Source: a virus
Lineage: Duplodnaviria; Caudoviricetes
Strand: one strand, 5' to 3'
Length of the DNA: 35,221 nucleotides
Virus record (IMG/VR): IMGVR_UViG_3300044266_000171
Span: 1 to 35,221 of that record
A program made the position numbers and the translations under genes. Shown one piece after another: positions 1 to 5,753 of this stretch (within the stretch, counting starts at the first letter, position 1; each line of letters begins with the position of its first letter). Below the pieces are notes generated by a model. It was not told the origin of the DNA. It saw only the letters and a program-made list of their open reading frames with translations, and ran no database searches.

Positions 1-65
1 CAACCAACTAAATCGCTCCAGTCACCGCTCCCGCTCCGACAGGAGCGATAAACTATATACAACAA

Positions 66-93
66 CTAACAATAAGACAACCCCGTAACATCA
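66..93 (-). promoter_or_regulatory. Putative phage late promoter motif (GTTACG-N8-9-TTATTGTTA on - strand)
   Basis: CTAACAATAA-N7-CCGTAACATCA recurs as CTAACAATAA-N8-CCGTAACATCA at 33462-33490 and partly at 25592-25615; both other copies sit directly upstream of - strand structural genes. Confidence 0.6.
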
Positions 94-131
94 CAACAAA
101 AACACAAAAACATGCCCTGACCAGCACCCCA

Positions 132-171
132 ACCAAAACTTTACCAAAACCTTACCAAAACTTTACCAAAA
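132..171. repeat. 11-bp tandem repeat ACCAAAAC(T/C)TT x3.6
   Basis: Units start at 132, 143, 154 and 165. Confidence 0.9.
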
Positions 172-180
172 ATAAGATAA

Positions 181-224
181 ACATTAACCAAACATTAACT
201 TAACGTTCACCCTACGTTAACCAA
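181..224. repeat. 11-bp tandem repeat resembling PHO/OmpR-family boxes
   Basis: ACATTAACCAA ACATTAACTTA ACGTTCACCCT ACGTTAACCAA; contains GTTCACCC-N3-GTTAACC. Confidence 0.7.
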
Positions 225-321
225 AACCACACACACAAACATGTACCGAACCATCAGGAATCATACAGGTTTCATAGGGGGTGGGGGGCCGTATACCCCG
301 TGCCTGCCCTAGAGGTGCGTG

Positions 322-363
322 TTAGGCATGCCTAGCGGTGTGTGTTAGGTCAGCCTAATCGAA
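322..363. promoter_or_regulatory. Two DtxR/IdeR-family-like boxes
   Basis: TTAGGCATGCCTAG (322-335) and TTAGGTCAGCCTAATCGAA (345-363; 16/19 match to TWAGGTWAGSCTWACCTWA). Confidence 0.55.
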
Positions 364-518
364 CGTGTGTTCGCCGAACTAGTGTTCGACGTACAAGTGT
401 TCGACGAACATATGTTCGCACACGAGCCGACCCCCGATCGAACGTATGTTCGATGGCATCCGTGGGCTGGGGGTCGAACGTTTGTTCGTCGTACGTGTGT
501 TCGTCGTACTGGTGTTCG
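360..518. promoter_or_regulatory. Array of eight LexA (Gram-positive/actinobacterial SOS) boxes
   Basis: CGAAC-N4-GTTCG at 360, 375, 405, 439, 475; CGTAC-N4-GTTCG at 390, 490, 505; mostly 15-bp period. Confidence 0.85.
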
Positions 519-614
519 TGCACAAGCGCACAAGCGCCGTTGTACGGCCCTAGGACGTTTCTAGGCACCTACGACCCATTTCGGGCGCGATCGGCCGTTA
601 GAAGCGAAACCCAC

Positions 615-680
615 ATTTCCACAGGGTTTTCCACAGTTTCCACAGGTTTGTTGTCCACAGTTTCCACAGGTTTTCCACAG
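615..680 (+). promoter_or_regulatory. Array of six co-oriented DnaA-box-like sites
   Basis: ATTTCCACA 615, TTTTCCACA 627, GTTTCCACA 636, TTGTCCACA 651, GTTTCCACA 660, TTTTCCACA 671; each followed by G. Confidence 0.8.
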
Positions 681-717
681 TTTCTCTCGCGCGCGATCCA
701 TTCTCTATTCACGTGAG

Positions 718-770
718 GATCGAACGTGTGTTCGATCGCGTGCTGGGTCGCGGTCGAACGTGTGTTCGAC
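718..770. promoter_or_regulatory. Two further perfect LexA boxes
   Basis: GATCGAACGTGTGTTCGATC (718-737) and GTCGAACGTGTGTTCGAC (753-770). Confidence 0.85.
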
Positions 771-874
771 GGAAATTGTTGTGCACTTGTTGTGAAGTTG
801 GTGTTGGGTTTGTGTGATTTGTCTGCCAGTCTTTCCCCATCGGCACCACGGGGTGCCACGAACAGCCAGAAGGT

Positions 875-885
875 TTCTGGCAGAA
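875..885. repeat. First copy of genome-wide palindrome TTCTGNCAGAA
   Basis: Exact copies seen at 875, 1454, 1534, 1878, 2126, 4007, 6770, 7313, 11821, 15229, 16056, 17371, 17602, 18647, 21723, 30155. Confidence 0.9.
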
Positions 886-900
886 GGTAGGACAGGACAG

Positions 901-1452
901 ATGAGCACCAACTACGAGACTGCAGCGGGACTGATTGCAGATAGCAGTGTCACGAACCTTGCGGGACTGTTGCTCGCATCGGCTCAAGCGGTCGCCGACG
1001 GGGTGATCGTGTGGGAGGCCGATAAGGCCCGATGCAAGCGCAATGGCGGCCAGAAGAAGGTCGTGGACCTTCTGACTGCGGCTCAGCCCGAACGGTTCGA
1101 CGGTATCGACCTTCAGGGAATGCTGTCGAAGTGTGTCAAGGCGCTGTTCGTGCTTGACGGAGGCGAGGCCACTCGGCTCGCATCGGACGATGATCGGGAA
1201 ATCGTGGCCTTTCGCATGGCGGGCAAGTACGGTAGCCTGAACGCTATGTCATCGGCGCTGTACCCTAAGCCTGAGGCCGATGATGAGCCGACTGAGGAGA
1301 CTGAGCCGACTGAGGAGACTGAGGAGACTGAGGAGACTGACGGTTTCGACCTTCTGGCGGCCGCGGTGACTCTCGTTCAGGCGGCCCGTAAGCGTGACAT
1401 CGCCGACGATGACATCCTGTCGGCTCTCATGCAGGCGATGGAAGGCCAGTAG
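901..1452 (+). CDS. Hypothetical early protein with acidic (EPT)EET repeat linker
   Basis: ATG at 901 after purine-rich GGACAGGACAG; first ORF of the + arm. Confidence 0.85.
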   Translation: MSTNYETAAGLIADSSVTNLAGLLLASAQAVADGVIVWEADKARCKRNGGQKKVVDLLTAAQPERFDGIDLQGMLSKCVKALFVLDGGEATRLASDDDREIVAFRMAGKYGSLNAMSSALYPKPEADDEPTEETEPTEETEETEETDGFDLLAAAVTLVQAARKRDIADDDILSALMQAMEGQ

Positions 1453-1468
1453 TTTCTGGCAGAAGGTA

Positions 1469-1518
1469 GGGCGGCGATGGTTCGCACGTTCGGGTTCGAT
1501 TCCCGACCGCCCACTCCA
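1469..1518 (+). ncRNA. tRNA-like mini-structure (acceptor stem plus T arm, no anticodon arm)
   Basis: GGGCGG/CCGCCC stem stacked on TCGGG-TTCGATT-CCCGA, followed by ACTCCA. Confidence 0.6.
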
Positions 1519-1550
1519 ACTAGGCCAGATAGTTTCTGGCAGAAGGTAAG

Positions 1551-1874
1551 GTGAGTGCAATGAAGCAGGCAGACATGAATCCGATGAGGGGTCGGGCTTT
1601 TGAGGGCGGCCAGCGGCGTACCGTGGGTGCGTGGTCGTTCTCCGACGGTTTCACCGATGAGGGGTTCCCCATCCGCTACGTGTGGCACTACCACACGATG
1701 ATGTTCACGTTCGTGTCGGAACATCTGGTTCCGAACGTGCTGGCGTGGGATGTTCACCCGATCAGCCTCGGCCACGGTAGCGTGTCCGATCAGATGGGGT
1801 GCAACCGCATCATCGGCAACACTAGCCCGTTCTACTACAGCCGTAAGGGTGGCGCAGAGTGGGTGCTGCGATGA
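1551..1874 (+). CDS. Hypothetical protein
   Basis: 107-aa ORF; ATGA overlap with next gene. Confidence 0.75.
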   Translation: MSAMKQADMNPMRGRAFEGGQRRTVGAWSFSDGFTDEGFPIRYVWHYHTMMFTFVSEHLVPNVLAWDVHPISLGHGSVSDQMGCNRIIGNTSPFYYSRKGGAEWVLR

Positions 1875-2125
1875 GCATTCTGGCAGAATCTGTGGCAATC
1901 GGCGACCAGCGGCTGCTGTTCCATACATGGTATCGGCACCCCAACTATCCGAATCGGATGATTCAGATCGCCTATCCGACCGTGCAGGGTGGTGGCATCA
2001 TGGCTGTACCGATGGGGTTGCTGCACGAACGGGCATGCGATGCAGACGGCCAATGGTGTTGGCGTGCTTACCGATGGATTGGGTTGGATGAGTGGGATGC
2101 GAAGATGATGAGTGTGCTGCTCTGA
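1871..2125 (+). CDS. Hypothetical protein
   Basis: Translationally coupled ATG at 1871. Confidence 0.7.
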   Translation: MSILAESVAIGDQRLLFHTWYRHPNYPNRMIQIAYPTVQGGGIMAVPMGLLHERACDADGQWCWRAYRWIGLDEWDAKMMSVLL

Positions 2126-2142
2126 TTCTGGCAGAATGATCG

Positions 2143-2196
2143 GGTGTGGTGACGGCTGCCCCACGGGGAAACTTGTGGGGTGGCAGTGTCTACATC
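2143..2196 (+). other. Long intergenic RNA hairpin with GAAA tetraloop
   Basis: 13-bp stem 2155-2167/2172-2184 with G.U pairs, plus outer stem GGTGTGG/CTACATC. Confidence 0.65.
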
Positions 2197-2229
2197 GGGT
2201 AGGCTACGGGCACACTAGGAGGGTGTGAC

Positions 2230-2604
2230 ATGGGTAAGGTGTTCATTTTGGCTGGGGTTGTGATGGGCGATTCGCACTGTGTCATCCATCAGTCGGCTAC
2301 TGACGCTATGGAGGCGTTGTACGATCTGCAAGAATTCTGTCCTAAGGGTTCGGTCAACGTGCGATGCCATGCGTTTGAGGGCATCGACTATGATGCGGTG
2401 GAGTGGCAGGGCGAAATCTTCGGTGAAGATTCTGCACAGAATGATGACGATGACAACGAGGGATACATCAACATCGTCGTTGATGATGATCCTGTGAAGG
2501 TGACCGAAATCATTGCCAAACTGAATGAGGCTTTGGCTGCTGCTGCGGCAGGGCCGAATCGAAAGCAGCGTCGGGCTGCTTTCCGTAACCGAAAGGAGAA
2601 GTGA
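2230..2604 (+). CDS. Hypothetical protein (acidic core, basic C-terminus)
   Basis: RBS AGGAGG; 124 aa. Confidence 0.8.
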   Translation: MGKVFILAGVVMGDSHCVIHQSATDAMEALYDLQEFCPKGSVNVRCHAFEGIDYDAVEWQGEIFGEDSAQNDDDDNEGYINIVVDDDPVKVTEIIAKLNEALAAAAAGPNRKQRRAAFRNRKEK

Positions 2605-2605
2605 C

Positions 2606-2779
2606 ATGGCACAGGATTCTGTGCAGAATGATTCGGCTGAGGTCGGGTTGGAATTCGGAAGGTGCGATGATTGCAACTTTCGTTACTGGGTGGCTGGCAG
2701 CGACCATGACCCTGAGACTGGGTTGTGCAATAGGTGTGCGCGGAATCGGGTGATGTATCCCGAATTCTATAGTTGGTAA
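2606..2779 (+). CDS. Small CxxC...CxxC zinc-binding protein
   Basis: RBS AAGGAG; CDDC and CNRC motifs. Confidence 0.7.
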   Translation: MAQDSVQNDSAEVGLEFGRCDDCNFRYWVAGSDHDPETGLCNRCARNRVMYPEFYSW

Positions 2780-2792
2780 TTGTGGTGGCTGA

Positions 2793-2822
2793 GGGCACAC
2801 CATTTGAGAGAATGGTGTGCCC
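2793..2822 (+). terminator. Intergenic hairpin (terminator or processing site)
   Basis: Perfect 12-bp stem GGGCACACCATT/AATGGTGTGCCC; no U-tract. Confidence 0.55.
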
Positions 2823-2831
2823 GACTGTCAG

Positions 2832-2883
2832 CATGATTGTTGACAACCATGATTGTTGCAAATGTTACAATCATGTTACAATC
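2832..2883 (+). promoter_or_regulatory. Promoter/operator region upstream of the AAA gene
   Basis: TTGACA at 2840; two TGnTACAAT extended -10-like motifs; direct repeats CATGATTGTTG x2 and ATGTTACAATC x2. Confidence 0.55.
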
Positions 2884-2960
2884 GGATTTAGGGGTTGTTT
2901 TTTGCCAGAATCCCTGATACGATGATTTCCGTAAACAAGAGCCGACCAACAGGAGGAACA

Positions 2961-4328
2961 ATGGCTCGTCCAATCAATGCAACAGCAGTGCGCCGTCGTG
3001 ACGGCGAAGGTACTATCGAAGTGCGTTCCAGTGGTGGACATTGGATTCCGTTTTCGATGCTCGGCTGGGCTGCCCAGTCCAACCTGTTTCGCACGATGCG
3101 AGAGAAGGGTTATGGGGATGTGTTCCCTTCTAACGGAGGGTTCTACTACGATCTTTCTGTGCAGAATATGCAGCAGCCCCAACCGCCGCAGCGTCAGGAG
3201 CAGCAGGTCGAATCGCCCGATTCTCAGGACACTGAGGGGCCGACCGACGATGTATCGCCCGATGATTCGGACGATGAACAGGACGGGCCGTTCGATACCG
3301 ATCAGCCTGACAGTAAGCAAGATCAGCAAACCCCGAACAAGGAGAATTCCGAAATGATGGTTGAGGACATCATTCGCCGCATCGCCAACGAATTGGACGA
3401 CAAGCGGGAAACCAAGATGAATCAGACTCTGGAGTCTCTGACAGAATCTTGGAATCAGAAGTTGGACGAATTGCAGGTGAACGCTCCGACTGCTCCAACC
3501 ACACAACTTGTTACCGTGTGCAACAGGGTGGAAGTTGTCGCCCCCGATGTGAACGTTGTCCGTGACGGGCTGTTCCACATGTCGATGCCTGACTTGCTGT
3601 TCAACATGCAGATGGGTATTCACACCTACCTGCCAGGGTCTCCTGGGACTGGTAAATCCCATGCTGCGGCTCAGGCTGCGGAGATTCTGGGCGGAATGTT
3701 CGGGTCGATTTCGTTCGGCCCGACCACACCAGAGTCCCGTCTGGTTGGTGGCATGACGGCTGACGGCTCGTTCTTTGAGCCGATGCTTCTAAAGTTGGTT
3801 CGCTATGCGATGGAGAACCCTGATTCGTATGCTTTCATGTGCCTTGATGAGATGGACAACGGGCATGCTGGTGTGCAGGCGACGCTGAATTCGATCATGG
3901 CGAACGGCTGGATGACTGCCCCGAATGGTGACCATCTGACTGTCGGCAAGAACCTTGCCTTCATCGCTTGTGCCAACACCTACGGTACTGGGCCGACTGC
4001 CGAATTTTCTGGCAGAAACAAGTTGGATGCTGCCACTCTGGACAGGTTCGCCTACCTGCCGTGGGAGATCGACACTGGTCTGGAAGAAGTGCTGGTTCGC
4101 CGCTACTTCGCTGACGACCAGCAGCATGTCGCTTCGCACTGGCTGGATGTGTGGCGCACCGCCCGTGCCAACGTTGCTGCGAACGGGCTGAAAATGTTTG
4201 TCACCCCTCGTGGCGCACAGATGGGTGCGAAGATGATTGCCGCTGGCCGTCCCGTCGATAAGGCTCTGGCTCAGGTGCTGGGCAACAAGGTTCCGTCCGA
4301 CCAGTGGTCGAAGATCAATCCTCTCTGA
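2961..4328 (+). CDS. MoxR/CbbQ/CobS-like AAA+ ATPase
   Basis: Walker A GSPGTGKS, Walker B MCLDEMD, sensor ACANT, LDAATLDRF; RBS AGGAGG before ATG 2961. Confidence 0.92.
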   Translation: MARPINATAVRRRDGEGTIEVRSSGGHWIPFSMLGWAAQSNLFRTMREKGYGDVFPSNGGFYYDLSVQNMQQPQPPQRQEQQVESPDSQDTEGPTDDVSPDDSDDEQDGPFDTDQPDSKQDQQTPNKENSEMMVEDIIRRIANELDDKRETKMNQTLESLTESWNQKLDELQVNAPTAPTTQLVTVCNRVEVVAPDVNVVRDGLFHMSMPDLLFNMQMGIHTYLPGSPGTGKSHAAAQAAEILGGMFGSISFGPTTPESRLVGGMTADGSFFEPMLLKLVRYAMENPDSYAFMCLDEMDNGHAGVQATLNSIMANGWMTAPNGDHLTVGKNLAFIACANTYGTGPTAEFSGRNKLDAATLDRFAYLPWEIDTGLEEVLVRRYFADDQQHVASHWLDVWRTARANVAANGLKMFVTPRGAQMGAKMIAAGRPVDKALAQVLGNKVPSDQWSKINPL

Positions 4329-4354
4329 CAGAAACAAACACTAGGAGAACTGTC

Positions 4355-5239
4355 ATGCGAACATACAAAGGTAAAGGTGTCGGCAAGAAGCCGAATGCCA
4401 CATACCATGTGCAAGAATTCGATTCTATCGCAGAGGTCGCCACCTATGCTGGCGGTAATCAGAACGTCGGCAAATCTGACCGATGGGCAGAGGATTACAA
4501 CCTGACCCGTTCGCTAGCCGACGCTTGCGCTATGGCTATCGAAGGCTGGCATGACCTTCGGGCACGGGTCGATGGGACTTTGCAACCGTTGCGAGAACAG
4601 TTGGGTGATGTTCTCGCTATCGAAACCGACCGTGTTTTCGATGTTGTCGGTGTCGAACCTGACATTGACAGATACATCGCTGGCGAAATGGAATGTATGC
4701 TGGATGATATTCTGGTAGAAGTTCCAAAGCAGGGCAAAGTGTTTCGCATGGTTGTCGATGTGTCGATGACATGGGCGAATTCCCCACAAGATATTGCTGC
4801 CCGCGGTGCGGTGCTGTGTGCGCTGGTCGAATCGTTCCTGCTGTTGGGTTACCAGTTGGAACTGTGGTCAGAGTATACTGCTCGTGGCGAGAAGAAGAAC
4901 GAGTATGTGTCGTTCATCACACGGCTCAACAAGGCTGGTGAACTGGTCGATATTGACTCGCTCATGTTCTGCATCGGCCACCCCGATTTCGGTCGGCGAC
5001 TCATGTGGTCAACAGGTGAGCAGCATCCTGTTGCTTCGGAACGCATGGGTTTTCATGATGGTGCAATGGGCTACTACGGTTATCAGCGTAACGGTTCGCA
5101 CCATTCGGAACGGCTGGGTGCTTCGTCGGTTGTTTCGCTGGACGGCAACTACAATATGACCCGTAATCCGATGAAGTGGATTACCGACCAGTTGGAGTTG
5201 CAAGGGATTTGGGAAGGGAGGAATTATGAAGAAGCGTGA
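4355..5239 (+). CDS. VWA-like partner of the AAA ATPase
   Basis: Adjacent to the MoxR-type ATPase; degenerate MIDAS strand VVDVSMT; RBS AGGAG. Confidence 0.7.
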   Translation: MRTYKGKGVGKKPNATYHVQEFDSIAEVATYAGGNQNVGKSDRWAEDYNLTRSLADACAMAIEGWHDLRARVDGTLQPLREQLGDVLAIETDRVFDVVGVEPDIDRYIAGEMECMLDDILVEVPKQGKVFRMVVDVSMTWANSPQDIAARGAVLCALVESFLLLGYQLELWSEYTARGEKKNEYVSFITRLNKAGELVDIDSLMFCIGHPDFGRRLMWSTGEQHPVASERMGFHDGAMGYYGYQRNGSHHSERLGASSVVSLDGNYNMTRNPMKWITDQLELQGIWEGRNYEEA

Positions 5240-5333
5240 CCCATATACTTGGGATGAGGTGGACAGCATCATGTCCACCATCATCTTCCTTTCGACAGTG
5301 GCTGCTATCACAGTTTGGATTTTCTCACGATGA
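5226..5333 (+). CDS. Small single-pass membrane protein (35 aa)
   Basis: MKKRDPYTWDEVDSIMSTIIFLSTVAAITVWIFSR; RBS GGAGG; not in the ORF track. Confidence 0.6.
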   Translation: MKKRDPYTWDEVDSIMSTIIFLSTVAAITVWIFSR

Positions 5334-5476
5334 ACAACGAGTTCGACCCGTCAGAGTTGTGGTGTTTTCACGAAACCATTTTGCCAGAATCGAACGAGGA
5401 TTCGTTCGATGAGGCTGAGGTTTGGTTGGCTGCACAGGATGTTCCTGATTGGACAATGATTGGAGGTGACTGGTAA
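5330..5476 (+). CDS. Small acidic protein (48 aa)
   Basis: ATGA overlap upstream, TAATG overlap downstream. Confidence 0.6.
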   Translation: MNNEFDPSELWCFHETILPESNEDSFDEAEVWLAAQDVPDWTMIGGDW

Positions 5477-5631
5477 TGTCAAGGATTCTGTTTTCGATGC
5501 AGGAACTTATTGACCGTGTGTTGGAGATTATTCCTTCGGCAACGTTCGATGAGGACAACGAGGGGCAGTTGGTTATTTACACTGGCCTTGTGGAAGTGGA
5601 CGACAATGCGACAGAGATGGAGGGTGTGTGA
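5476..5631 (+). CDS. Small acidic protein (51 aa)
   Basis: RBS GGAGGTGA; TAATG coupling. Confidence 0.65.
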   Translation: MSRILFSMQELIDRVLEIIPSATFDEDNEGQLVIYTGLVEVDDNATEMEGV

Positions 5632-5747
5632 TGTTGCATCAGAAACGAAATGTCAGACAGTGCGAGTGGGGGTGCTGCAAGGTGGAGGTGCCGAGCCGCA
5701 CATTGCGATGCCGTGAGAAGGCGGCTTGGAAGCGTGAGCAGTGGTGA
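5631..5747 (+). CDS. Small basic Cys-containing protein (38 aa)
   Basis: RBS GGAGG; TGATG coupling. Confidence 0.55.
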   Translation: MLHQKRNVRQCEWGCCKVEVPSRTLRCREKAAWKREQW

Positions 5748-5753
5748 CACGCT

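Noticed and set aside
12-49. ATCGCTCC/GGAGCGAT inverted repeat with CGCTCC repeats
   Set aside because: Real but short and at the window edge; no function can be supported
360-518. CRISPR array
   Set aside because: Units are 14-15 bp with 4-bp variable cores and no 25-45 bp unique spacers; no cas operon (the Cas4-like gene is a typical solo phage exonuclease)
705-720. parS-like site (TTCACGTGA core)
   Set aside because: Only 9/16 match to TGTTTCACGTGAAACA and the outer arms are missing
842-857. GGCACC-N4-GGTGCC palindrome as an operator
   Set aside because: A single 6-bp stem; more simply a 5' leader hairpin
342-900. Overlapping ORFs across the leader (e.g. 342-716, 350-568, 569-859)
   Set aside because: Translations simply mirror the DNA repeats (RRTSV, STVSTG) and have no RBS; the region is best explained as non-coding
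5389-5410. ATCGAACGA-GGAT-TCGTTCGAT as an SOS box
   Set aside because: The spacer between GAAC and GTTC is 8 bp, not 4, and it lies inside a coding region
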